Shown here piece after piece: positions 55,078 to 63,845 of a stretch of DNA of 64,000 nucleotides (within the stretch, counting starts at the first letter, position 1; every line of letters starts with the position of its first letter). A program made the position numbers and the translations under genes. The notes under the pieces were generated by a model that did not search any database, was not told where the DNA came from, and saw only the letters and a program-made list of their open reading frames with translations. This stretch comes from an uncultured Actinomycetota bacterium (lineage in GTDB: Bacteria; Actinomycetota; Actinomycetes; JAHEKZ01). Location of the stretch: contig CAWHIJ010000003.1 of assembly GCA_963829525.1 (NCBI GenBank), positions 2,327,833 to 2,391,832 of the forward strand. Reading direction: 5' to 3'.

Positions 55078-55700
55078 GCTGCAGTCGTCCCCAGAATCCT
55101 GCGAGCTGAGCGCATGGCAGCCCTGGTGGCGCGGGCCGAGCGCATTCGGTTGTCGCCGAGCTCTACTTGCAGGGAGAGCCCGTCGACCAAAGCAACTAGC
55201 GACGCGGCAGCCTCCTCCGACGATCCGTCGATCGTGAAGTCACCGGTGGTGACCCCGTCCTCCACTGCTCGCCGAACCAGTAACCGCCAGCCGCGCGCGA
55301 TGGCAGCGGACTCCTCGCGCAGCGCAGGGTCACGCGATGCTGCACGCCAGTACTCCATCCACAAGAGCCAGCCCTCGCGACGCCGCCCATCATCGATGGA
55401 GATTCCCAGCCGAATGAAGGTCTCGATCCGCTTCCATGGGTCGAGCTCACCTTCAACGGCTGCACGCAGCCGAGCAAGCTCCTCGGCGACTCCCGTTCGC
55501 AAGACTTCACGGACCAGCGCCTCGCGCGTACCGAAGCCGTACTGCAGCGAGCTGACAGGCACGCCTGTCGCCTCTGCCACGTCGGCGAAGCGAAGGGCGT
55601 CGAAGCCGCGCCCGACTGCCACGGCCCGAGCCTGTCGAAGAAGATCATCACGGTCGTGGGCCGGCGGGCGGCCCTTGCGTTTGGGGTCAGACATACCCAT
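55074..55700 (-). CDS. TetR/AcrR family transcriptional regulator
   Basis: N-terminal HTH (FDALRFADVAEATGVPVSSLQYGFGTREAL); start ATG 55700 or 55694; divergent from the oxidoreductase gene. Confidence 0.75.
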   Translation of the reverse strand: MGMSDPKRKGRPPAHDRDDLLRQARAVAVGRGFDALRFADVAEATGVPVSSLQYGFGTREALVREVLRTGVAEELARLRAAVEGELDPWKRIETFIRLGISIDDGRRREGWLLWMEYWRAASRDPALREESAAIARGWRLLVRRAVEDGVTTGDFTIDGSSEEAAASLVALVDGLSLQVELGDNRMRSARATRAAMRSARRILGTTAA

Positions 55701-55740
55701 TGTTCTACCGTATGCCGATACGGAAACATTGAGGGAGACC

Positions 55741-57129
55741 ATGGACACCGCACGACGCTCTATCTCGTACTGGCACGACTCACTCCCTGAAGGAGAGCTC
55801 GCTGCCCTGCGTCCTGAGCTGCCCGGCGACATCGACGCTGACGTCGCCATCGCCGGAGGGGGTTTCACCGGTCTTTGGACTGCCTACTACCTGGCGCTCC
55901 GTGACCCCTCTCTCCGCATCGTCGTGCTCGAGAAAGACTTCGCAGGGTTCGGCGCTTCCGGTCGCAACGGCGGATGGGCATCGGCCTTTCTTCCCACTAG
56001 CTGGGAGGCGGTCGCCAAGGCATCCTCTCGCGACGAGGCACTCCGCATGCAGCGAGCCGCCAACGCCGCCGTCGACGTCGTGGGCTCGGTAGCTGCCGAG
56101 GAAGGCATTGACGCCCACTACGCCAAGGGTGGATACCTCCGCGTTGCGACGTCTGCGCTGCAGTGGGCCCGATTGCAGCAGCAGCTCGCCCACGCTCGCG
56201 AATGGGACCAGACCGAAGAAGACATCGCCCTTCTCGATCGTCGCGAGGCAACAGCCCGCATCGACGCCGACGGGGTTTTCGGCGGGCTGTACACGCCGCA
56301 ATGCGCCGCGATACACCCGGCGCGGATGGTGCGCGGACTGGCAGCGGCTGCCGAGCGACTCGGTGTGACCATCTACGAGGGCACCGAGGTCACGGCCATC
56401 GAACCGGGAGCAGCACGCACAGCGCTCGGAACCGTACGTGCCGAAGTGGTGGTTCGCGCGCTTGAGGGGTACACCGCGAGCCTGCCGCAGTACCGACGCG
56501 CGCTGTTGCCGATGTACTCGCTGATGATCGCCACCGAACCCCTCCCCGACCACGTGTGGGACGAGATCGGCTGGCGCGATCGCGAGACTCTCAATGACGA
56601 CCGGCGCTTCCTGATCTACGCGCAGCGCACAGCCGATGGCCGCATCGCGCTCGGCGGTCGTGGTGCTCCATACCGGTGGGGTTCTCGGATCGACCCCGCC
56701 TTCGAACACCCTCGCGGGGTACACGAGGCGCTGCGCCACAGCTTGATCAAGCTCTTCCCCGCCCTCCACGGCATCTCCATCACTCACCGGTGGGGAGGCG
56801 TCCTAGGCGTTCCGCGTGACTGGTTCCCGTCGGTCCGCTTCGACCGATCCACCGGGTTTGCCACCGCAGGTGGGTACGCCGGCGACGGCGTAACCCTCAC
56901 CAACCTTGCCGGGCGGACGTTGGCCGACCTCATCACTGGAACCGAGAGCGACCTGACCTCGCTGCCGTGGGTCGGGCACGAGTCGCGCAACTTCGAGCCA
57001 GAGCCAATGCGCTTCACAGGGGTCAACGCCGGCATGCGGCTGGCCTCGTGGGTCGACAGCCGCGAAGAGCGGACCGGCCGTCACGCCGGCGTCCTGGACA
57101 AAGCGCTAGGCCTGCTTAGCGGCCACTGA
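55741..57129 (+). CDS. FAD-dependent oxidoreductase, DAO family (PuuB/OrdL-like)
   Basis: ATG 55741 after gagggaga; dinucleotide-binding VAIAGGGFTGLWTAYYL and GASGRNGG motif; the 712-aa ORF-track call starting at 54991 is a spurious upstream extension antisense to the TetR gene. Confidence 0.75.
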   Translation: MDTARRSISYWHDSLPEGELAALRPELPGDIDADVAIAGGGFTGLWTAYYLALRDPSLRIVVLEKDFAGFGASGRNGGWASAFLPTSWEAVAKASSRDEALRMQRAANAAVDVVGSVAAEEGIDAHYAKGGYLRVATSALQWARLQQQLAHAREWDQTEEDIALLDRREATARIDADGVFGGLYTPQCAAIHPARMVRGLAAAAERLGVTIYEGTEVTAIEPGAARTALGTVRAEVVVRALEGYTASLPQYRRALLPMYSLMIATEPLPDHVWDEIGWRDRETLNDDRRFLIYAQRTADGRIALGGRGAPYRWGSRIDPAFEHPRGVHEALRHSLIKLFPALHGISITHRWGGVLGVPRDWFPSVRFDRSTGFATAGGYAGDGVTLTNLAGRTLADLITGTESDLTSLPWVGHESRNFEPEPMRFTGVNAGMRLASWVDSREERTGRHAGVLDKALGLLSGH

Positions 57130-57160
57130 TGCCAGGCCGTCCTCACCCTGCCGGAGGGTC

Positions 57161-57763
57161 TTAGAGCGCCTTTCGGGCGGCGAGCATGTCTTCCATGGTC
57201 GCGATCTCAGCTTGCTGTCCGGCCACGATGGTGTCCGCCAGGTAGGTCACCTCCTCGCGTTCGGTGAGTGGCAGCACCGCCTCGGCCATCTCGACCCCGC
57301 CTTTGTGGTGCTCGATCATCAGCTGAAGAAAGAGGATCTCGGCCTCCCTCCCAGACGCGTCGCGCAGCTTCTGCAGATCAGCGTCCGATGCCATACCGGG
57401 CATGTCGTCGTACGACGTCATCATTGCGTCGTTGTGCCCATGGTCGGTCCACTCCATCGGTGGCCGCACTGACGTCTGCGGTAGCTCCCACTGCTGGAGC
57501 CAGCCGCTGAACATCCCGATCTGGGCGCGCTGAGTGTTGATGATGTCGTAAGCCATGGCGCGCACCTCGGGATCGTCGGTGCGATCGCGCACGATGAAGG
57601 CAAGCTCGACCGCCTGGGCGTGGTGCACCGACATGTCGCGCGCAAATCCGGCCTCGGCCGACTGGTCCCCCGGCTCGGTCTCGTTGCCCAACAGGAGCGC
57701 GCCAAGGACGAGGCCGAGAATGAGCGCCGCGACCGCGGCGATTGCGACCGTCAGGGCCTTCAC
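57161..57763 (-). CDS. DUF305 family protein (secreted, His-rich, metal-binding type)
   Basis: N-terminal signal/anchor, duplicated HH-containing helices (DMSVHHAQAVELA ... LMIEHHKGGVEMA). Confidence 0.7.
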   Translation of the reverse strand: MKALTVAIAAVAALILGLVLGALLLGNETEPGDQSAEAGFARDMSVHHAQAVELAFIVRDRTDDPEVRAMAYDIINTQRAQIGMFSGWLQQWELPQTSVRPPMEWTDHGHNDAMMTSYDDMPGMASDADLQKLRDASGREAEILFLQLMIEHHKGGVEMAEAVLPLTEREEVTYLADTIVAGQQAEIATMEDMLAARKAL

Positions 57764-58305
57764 TCCATCAGCCCCGACTCACAGGTGGCGCCGGGCTCGG
57801 GGGTCTGCGGGCCGGCTCGGTACATGGTGAGGAACTCATCGATGCGCGGGTCGCCAGCGCTGTCAACGCCGAGTTGGACACCCCATGCGGTGAGCACGAT
57901 GGGCGAGTCCTGGCCCGGATAGGGACTCATGAACGAGTACGGCTGACCGTCGACCTTGGCGGCCAGGGCGTCGATGTCGGTCTGAGAGACGGCGTCGGTG
58001 TAGGTCACCCAGACAGCGCCGTGCTCCATCGAGTGCACGGCATTCTCGTTCCGGAGCGGCTGCTCATAGACAGTGCCCGTGCAGTCCATCCACTTCGGAT
58101 CGTGGTCGCCGCCCACGGGAGGACTCTGCGGGTAGTCGACATCGTCAGTTGTGTGATCGCGCGCAAGATCCCCGTACGTCTGGACCCCCTCGATCCCCCC
58201 GTCACTGGGCGTTGGAGTGGGCTCGGAGCTACTCGAGCAACCAACCAGCGATCCCATGACGAAGACGACGGAGACGGCGAGCACAACCTGTGAGCGAGTC
58301 TTCAT
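57760..58305 (-). CDS. DUF3105 family lipoprotein
   Basis: ATG 58305; signal peptide with lipobox (VMGSLVGC-SSS); conserved blocks PPVGGDH, EHGAVWVTY, TAWG, GPQTPEPGATCE shared with the paralog at 60934-61563. Confidence 0.65.
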   Translation of the reverse strand: MKTRSQVVLAVSVVFVMGSLVGCSSSSEPTPTPSDGGIEGVQTYGDLARDHTTDDVDYPQSPPVGGDHDPKWMDCTGTVYEQPLRNENAVHSMEHGAVWVTYTDAVSQTDIDALAAKVDGQPYSFMSPYPGQDSPIVLTAWGVQLGVDSAGDPRIDEFLTMYRAGPQTPEPGATCESGLME

Positions 58306-58336
58306 ACCCACGATGGAACCACGTTGCAGCACCGGA

Positions 58337-60889
58337 TCAGGACAACGGGCGGCTCCGCTCGGCGTCGAAGAAGGGCCGCAGCGACGCCTTAACCGGCACG
58401 CGGGTGCCGGCGATGTCGACCTCGAAGCTGCCGCCGTTGATGTCAGCGGCGGTGAACCCGGCCTCTCTCTCGACATCGGCGATGCCACAGGCAGCCCCCA
58501 GCGAGTACCCGAAGGCCCCGACTCGGAGCGAACCGACTGGCTCGCTATCGATGAAGATCGGCTCGGCCCCGACAAGGTCGAAGTCTGCAGACTCAAGAAG
58601 GACGTTGACGAGTCGCTTCTTCAGCGGACCACTCTCCTTCTGCTTGAGAAGCGCCTCGCGTCCGACGAAACCACCCGGCTTGTCCCAGGCGACGGCGAAC
58701 CCGAGGCCAGCCTCGAGAGGAGTGTCCGTCGAGTCGATGTCGTGCCCCATGTCGCGATAGGCCTTCTCCATGCGCATCGACGACAACGCTCCAACCCCGG
58801 TCGGCTTGAATCCAAGGTCTTGGCCAGCAGCGCGGATCTGGTCGTAGAGGGTCGCGCCGAACTCAGTAGGAATGAGCAGGTCCCAGCCGAGCTCGCCAAC
58901 GTAGGTGACGCGCAGCGCCCAGAGCGGCGTATATCCGAGTTCGACCTTCTGCGCGGTGAGGTAGGGAAACGCCTCGTTCGACCAGTCGTTCGGGCTGAGC
59001 CGCTGCAGCAGCTCGCGGGAACGTGGGCCCTGGACGGTGAGTAGCCCCAGTCCGCTGGTGACGTCGGTGACCGTGAGGAACTCACCCTCGTCGGTGTGCC
59101 GGCGGATCCAGGCAGGCAGCCGCCGGTGGACGTTGTCGGCGCTGATGACCAGGAACTGGTCGTCAGCCTGACGCGTCACGGTCACGTCGGCGATGATGCC
59201 GCCGCGCTCGTCGAGCCACTGGGTGTAGACGATGCGTCCGACCTCGGTGTCGATGTCGTTGGCGCACACCCGGTTCATCACCTGCATCGCGTGCGGGCCC
59301 TGGACGAGGTAGTTCGACATCATCGTCATGTCGATGGCGCCGACGTTCTCGCGCGCATTCAGGTGCTCGTCACGGGTACGGTCGAACGCCTCACCCCGCT
59401 TGAACCCCCACTCGACTGTTGGCGTAGCACCTGGGCCACTGAAGAACTCCGGGTACTCCCAGCCGTTGGACGCGACCATGTAGGCGCCGTCCGCCAGGTG
59501 CTGCTCGTGGAACGGCCCGCGTCGAACGTTGCGACCTTCCTTCGGCATGGCGTTCGGCCACGACAGGTCGTTGAGCAGGAAGCCAAGGCGCTCGACGGTT
59601 CGCTCCTTACGGAACAACCGCGTCGCCTGGAACTCGTGGGTGCGGTCAACGCCCACCTCGGTGAGGTCGATCGGCGGGTACTCCTCGATCAGCCACTGCG
59701 CCATGACGTGGCCGAGCCCGCCACCCATGAGGATGCCGACGGAGTTCAGGCCGCAGGCGAGGTAGAGCCCATCCACCTCGGGCGACTCACCCAGCATTGG
59801 CGAGATGTCGTCGGTGAAGCTCTCCGGTCCGCAGAAGAGCGTGCGGATACCCGCGTCTTCCAAGGCGGGGAAGCGTTTCATCGCCTTCTCGAGGAACGGC
59901 GAGAGACGGTCCCAGTCGGGCGGTAGAACGGCGAACGCGGAGTCCTTGGGAGTGCCGTCCAACGACCACGCCGCACCGACCGGCTCGAACATTCCGACGA
60001 GCAGGCCGCCGCCCTCTTCGCGGTAGTAGCCGTAGGCCTCGGGGTCTTCGATCACCGGGACGCTCTCGGGCGTGACGCCGTCGATCGGCTCGGTCAGCAG
60101 GTAGTAGTGCTCAGCGGCCTGCAGCGGAACGGTAACGCCGGCCTTGGCTGCAAGCTCCCGGCCCCACAGCCCCGATGCCAGCACGACCTTCTCGCATTCG
60201 ATGGTTCCGCGTTCGGTCACGACGCCAACGATGCGGCTGTCCTTGATGACGAAGTCGATGACCTCGGTGTTCTCGAAGATCTGGGCGCCCTTCATCTTGG
60301 CGCCTTTGGCCATCGACATGGTCACGTCGACCGGGTTGGCGCGGCCCTCGTCCGGCGTCCAGAACCCGTGGATGACGTCGTCCACCTGCATGAGGGGAAC
60401 GATGTCGAGGATCTCCTGCGGAGACAGGATCTGCTTCTCCATGCCGATCGAGCGCATGTAGGCGGTTTCGCGCCGGTAGGCCTCGTCGCGACGCTCAGTC
60501 GTGGCCAGCTGGAGATAGCCGACGTCCTTGAAACCGGTCGACAGGCCCGTCTCCTTCTCCAACCTGGTGTAGAGGTCGCGCGAGTACCGCGCCATCCAGA
60601 GCGGATCTTCCGATGCCCCTCCGGAGACCACCTCACCGGCGGCATGCCAGGTGGTGCCAGAGGTCAGCTGTTTACGCTCCAGAAGCACGACGTCCGTGGC
60701 GCCCATCGTCGCAAGGTGGTAGGCGATCGAGGTACCGATCACCCCACCACCGACGACGACGTACTGCGCCCGCGACGGCAGATCTGAGCCGCTCTGGGTA
60801 TCGGCAGCCTTTGCTGCCGCTGGGTTGATATCAGCGAAGTCGAGAGACATGTCGTCAGCCTGCCATGGGTTGGTTCGCTGGTCGACCAT
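58337..60889 (-). CDS. dimethylglycine/sarcosine dehydrogenase-family flavoenzyme (DAO FAD domain fused to GcvT-like folate-binding aminomethyltransferase domain)
   Basis: 850 aa; N-terminal VVVGGGVIGTSIAYHL dinucleotide fold, C-terminal GcvT-like region (LVQGPHAMQVM..., GELGWDLLIP); alternative start ATG 60850. Confidence 0.85.
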   Translation of the reverse strand: MVDQRTNPWQADDMSLDFADINPAAAKAADTQSGSDLPSRAQYVVVGGGVIGTSIAYHLATMGATDVVLLERKQLTSGTTWHAAGEVVSGGASEDPLWMARYSRDLYTRLEKETGLSTGFKDVGYLQLATTERRDEAYRRETAYMRSIGMEKQILSPQEILDIVPLMQVDDVIHGFWTPDEGRANPVDVTMSMAKGAKMKGAQIFENTEVIDFVIKDSRIVGVVTERGTIECEKVVLASGLWGRELAAKAGVTVPLQAAEHYYLLTEPIDGVTPESVPVIEDPEAYGYYREEGGGLLVGMFEPVGAAWSLDGTPKDSAFAVLPPDWDRLSPFLEKAMKRFPALEDAGIRTLFCGPESFTDDISPMLGESPEVDGLYLACGLNSVGILMGGGLGHVMAQWLIEEYPPIDLTEVGVDRTHEFQATRLFRKERTVERLGFLLNDLSWPNAMPKEGRNVRRGPFHEQHLADGAYMVASNGWEYPEFFSGPGATPTVEWGFKRGEAFDRTRDEHLNARENVGAIDMTMMSNYLVQGPHAMQVMNRVCANDIDTEVGRIVYTQWLDERGGIIADVTVTRQADDQFLVISADNVHRRLPAWIRRHTDEGEFLTVTDVTSGLGLLTVQGPRSRELLQRLSPNDWSNEAFPYLTAQKVELGYTPLWALRVTYVGELGWDLLIPTEFGATLYDQIRAAGQDLGFKPTGVGALSSMRMEKAYRDMGHDIDSTDTPLEAGLGFAVAWDKPGGFVGREALLKQKESGPLKKRLVNVLLESADFDLVGAEPIFIDSEPVGSLRVGAFGYSLGAACGIADVEREAGFTAADINGGSFEVDIAGTRVPVKASLRPFFDAERSRPLS

Positions 60890-60933
60890 TCAGTCAAAAT
60901 GGGGGTAAAGATTCCGCAACGCTGGTCAAGCGC

Positions 60934-61563
60934 TCAGGCTTGGGGGTCTTCGCAGGAGGCTCCCGGCTCCGGTGTCTGCGGTCCCTGCCGGAACTCGGTG
61001 ACGAAGTCGTCCAACCGGGGGTCGTCCGGGCCATCGAGGAGGAGCTGGTTGTTCCACGCGGTCGCGACCACCGGGGCCTCCTGCCCCTCGAACGGCGAGA
61101 GCAGCGTGTAGTTCTCGTCCAGCCTGCCCTTCAGCGCGTCGATCTCCGACTCGGACAACGCGGGGTCGTAGGTGATCCAAACCGCACCATGCTCGAGCGA
61201 GTGCACCGCCTTCTCGCTGGCGATGGGGTCGTCGTAGAACTTGCACTCCAGCCAGACCGGGCTGTGCTCCCCACCGACCGGCGGTGACTCTTCGTACTCG
61301 ACCTGGTCGTCGACCGCCGGAGTGTGTTTCCCGGCGCCGTAGTCGAAGGTCTGCACCTCGTCGAGGGCACCCGGAGTGGCATCCTCGGTTCCGGCCTGGA
61401 CCGCCCAGACCACACCACCCACCGTCACGACGACGGCTGTCACCAGACCACCGGTGAGCAGCGCGGTCGATCGGCGGGATCGCTTGGTGTCGTCATTGCG
61501 CATCTGCGCAACCTTCTTCTCACGCTCTTCGCGCCGGCGCTGGGCGTTCGACCCCATGTTCAC
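60934..61563 (-). CDS. DUF3105 family protein, N-terminally membrane-anchored paralog
   Basis: basic N-terminus then one TM (ALLTGGLVTAVVVTVGGVVWAV); conserved PPVGGEH, EHGAVWITY, TAWN, GPQTPEPGASCE. Confidence 0.65.
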   Translation of the reverse strand: MNMGSNAQRRREEREKKVAQMRNDDTKRSRRSTALLTGGLVTAVVVTVGGVVWAVQAGTEDATPGALDEVQTFDYGAGKHTPAVDDQVEYEESPPVGGEHSPVWLECKFYDDPIASEKAVHSLEHGAVWITYDPALSESEIDALKGRLDENYTLLSPFEGQEAPVVATAWNNQLLLDGPDDPRLDDFVTEFRQGPQTPEPGASCEDPQA

Positions 61564-61672
61564 TCCTGAAGTGTGCTTCGTGTCTTGAAGACTGTAACCT
61601 CAGCCACACCAAGACGCCGCTCCACGCGCCTCTGCACGCGTCTGCACTGGTCTCCAGGGATCTCACGGGGTT

Positions 61673-62446
61673 TCAGCCCGGGAGGCGAAGTTTCCGCGTC
61701 GTCGCGACTAGACCGAACCCCAGCGACTCATAGAGCCGTCGGGCCGGGTTGCCTTCGGTGACGGCCAGCGACACCGACGACTCCCCCGACTCTCGGCAGA
61801 GGATGAGCGCGCGGACGAGGAGGGCGCGACCCAGTCCCGCGTAGCGCCGATCTGGGTCGCGAAACAGGTCGGTGACCCATGGCCCGCCGGTGGGCGCAGC
61901 GCCAGGAACCCGGTTGACCATGACCAACCCGACGGGCCGATCATCGTCGAAAACCAGGGCACTCATGTCCATCAAGGCACCGAGTCGATCGCCGTCGAGC
62001 GCGCGCCTGATGTCGCGGACGATGTCGTCATCGCTGCCGAGCTCTTCATCAGGATGGCCGGGCGGGTAGGCCGATCTGACCAATCCGATGATGTCGCGCG
62101 GGATCTCACTGTCGATCATCAGCGGACGCACGTCGTAAACATCCAGCGACGCGATGTCACCAATCCGCTCACCCCGAGAGGCAAGATCGACGGTCATCAG
62201 GGAAAAGTGCCGAGTCGACAAGGCGCCGCACTCGATCAGAGCCGAGGCGAGCGCATCGTCGGTAGTGGTGAGGTTCCACCCGGCCAGGTCGGTCAGGATG
62301 GCATCGACCACGCGCCCCAGATCCGCCGTTGCCTCGAACAGCTCAGCTGAGGGAGGGTCCGCGTCGTACCGGTTGAACTGTCCGAGCAGTTCGCTACCGC
62401 GCGTCAACTGCTCAACGCGTTGGCTCCTGTCGCTGTCCCCATCCAC
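61673..62446 (-). CDS. GNAT-family N-acetyltransferase (C-terminal domain) protein
   Basis: C-terminal acetyl-CoA-binding pattern (RYAGLGRALLVRAL ... LAVTEGNPARRLYESLGF). Confidence 0.5.
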   Translation of the reverse strand: MDGDSDRSQRVEQLTRGSELLGQFNRYDADPPSAELFEATADLGRVVDAILTDLAGWNLTTTDDALASALIECGALSTRHFSLMTVDLASRGERIGDIASLDVYDVRPLMIDSEIPRDIIGLVRSAYPPGHPDEELGSDDDIVRDIRRALDGDRLGALMDMSALVFDDDRPVGLVMVNRVPGAAPTGGPWVTDLFRDPDRRYAGLGRALLVRALILCRESGESSVSLAVTEGNPARRLYESLGFGLVATTRKLRLPG

Positions 62447-62551
62447 ACACCATGCCTATCGCGTCAGCCCGCGCTGCGCCATCACAATCTGCAACGGGTC
62501 AGGCCGACGGGAGTGTGACCCGCCGCCGCTGATAGCCTCCCGAAGTCCCCG

Positions 62552-62624
62552 CCCCCGTAGCTCAGGGGATAGAGCATCGGCCTCCGGAGCCGTGTGCGCA
62601 GGTTCGAATCCTGCCGGGGGCACA
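62552..62624 (+). tRNA. tRNA-Arg (anticodon CCG)
   Basis: folded by hand: 7-bp acceptor GCCCCCG/CGGGGGC, D-arm GCTC-AGGGGATA-GAGC, anticodon loop CTCCGGA, T-arm GCAGG-TTCGAAT-CCTGC; one U-U mismatch at the top of the anticodon stem; 4-nt variable loop; CCA not encoded. Confidence 0.8.
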
Positions 62625-62633
62625 GTGTGACCG

Positions 62634-62673
62634 CAGGGGTTCGACGCAGGGATTCGCCGCAGGGGTTCGACTA
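62634..62673 (+). repeat. three tandem degenerate 13-mers (GCAGGGGTTCGAC / GCAGGGATTCGCC / GCAGGGGTTCGAC) immediately 3' of the tRNA
   Basis: read directly; units resemble the tRNA T-arm core (GCAGGTTCGAA). Confidence 0.3.
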
Positions 62674-62685
62674 GGACAGGGTCAC

Positions 62686-63036
62686 CTAGATGGGTGTTGC
62701 TCCCTCGGCCGTGATGAGTATCAGCACGAACCGGCACGGTGTCAGGGCGAGCACGGCGTGGCGTTCGTTGGGCGCCAGGTAGACCACATCACCAGCTGCC
62801 AGGTTGTGACGCTGACCTGCCGCGGTGAAGGTGATGCTTCCTTCCATCACCTGGACAACGACTGGGCGTGGCGCCGAGTGGTCGGTCAGCTCTTGCCCCG
62901 CGTCCATGGCGAAGGACACCACGCGGGCGGCGTCGTTGCTCACGACAGTGCGTGAGGTCGTGGCCTCCCCCGTGATGGGCAGCTCCGCATGGACGTTCTC
63001 GACCACGATGGAATCTGCTACCGCCGTCTTCGTCAT
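62686..63036 (-). CDS. cupin-domain protein
   Basis: 116 aa small beta-barrel; conserved His/Glu region (HSAPRPVVVQVMEG, GDVVYLAPNERHAV). Confidence 0.55.
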   Translation of the reverse strand: MTKTAVADSIVVENVHAELPITGEATTSRTVVSNDAARVVSFAMDAGQELTDHSAPRPVVVQVMEGSITFTAAGQRHNLAAGDVVYLAPNERHAVLALTPCRFVLILITAEGATPI

Positions 63037-63110
63037 CGTGGCCTCCGGACCGTTGCAACTCCGGTCCCGATCCTTTCACACTCCCACGGAGCCGATCGAA
63101 CTACTGAGAG

Positions 63111-63845
63111 CTACTGCGAAAGAGCCACCTTCAGCTCGTCCGAGGACTCGTATCTGGTCCAGTCGGATCCTTTTCGGACGTGGACGCCGCCACGGCCGAC
63201 GACCTGCCACCGCTCCCCATCCCCGATCATCGCGGTCTGCTCGTCCACGCCGATCAACAGATCCTCGCCAGGTACCGTGCGCATCATGTGATCCACGAGC
63301 CCAGGTGCGAAGCGATCCAGCATGTCCCAGTGCGGACCGAGCCACGCGTGCGGAAAGAGCTCAAGGCCCTGTCGCCAGAGATCTGGAGAGAAGTCCTCGA
63401 CGCTGCTGTCCGGAGCCTTACGACCCAGGCATGCCATCCCGGCGCTGCAGCCGATGTAGCCCATACCTCGGTCCAGCCCACTGACGATGGCCCGCCAAAG
63501 TGCGGTGCCCTTGAGTGAGGCGGCCAGGTAGGCCGGGTTACCTCCGGAGAAGTAGACGAGGGACGCCGTTTCCACCCGCTCGGCGATCGACCTGTCATCA
63601 GCATCGGTCCGGTCCCGCACCTCGAGAAGCTCTGCGGTCATATCTGCCTCCGCGAAGTGGGCCAGCCCCGCCTCCGCCCATCCGCTGAACATCTCATCAC
63701 CCTCCGGCGCCGACGCCGTGGGCACGATGAGCACCCGGCCATCACCGGTCACTCGATCGAGCAACCAGGCATCGACCTCGTGCGACCACGGCTGGAACTC
63801 ACCGGAGCCGAGCAATCCGAACCATCCGCTCATTCGCTCATCCAT
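63111..63845 (-). CDS. peptidase S51 family (cyanophycinase / peptidase E-like) protein
   Basis: FSGGNPAYL motif and class-I glutamine-amidotransferase-like fold pattern; several candidate starts between 63833 and 63887. Confidence 0.55.
   Translation of the reverse strand: MDERMSGWFGLLGSGEFQPWSHEVDAWLLDRVTGDGRVLIVPTASAPEGDEMFSGWAEAGLAHFAEADMTAELLEVRDRTDADDRSIAERVETASLVYFSGGNPAYLAASLKGTALWRAIVSGLDRGMGYIGCSAGMACLGRKAPDSSVEDFSPDLWRQGLELFPHAWLGPHWDMLDRFAPGLVDHMMRTVPGEDLLIGVDEQTAMIGDGERWQVVGRGGVHVRKGSDWTRYESSDELKVALSQ

Noticed and set aside
54991-57129. 712-aa ORF suggesting a large fusion protein
   Set aside because: The first 250 codons are a low-complexity Arg/Ser/Ala-rich reading of the antisense strand of the TetR gene. 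A strong RBS (gagggaga) and ATG at 55741 begin the real 462-aa FAD oxidoreductase.
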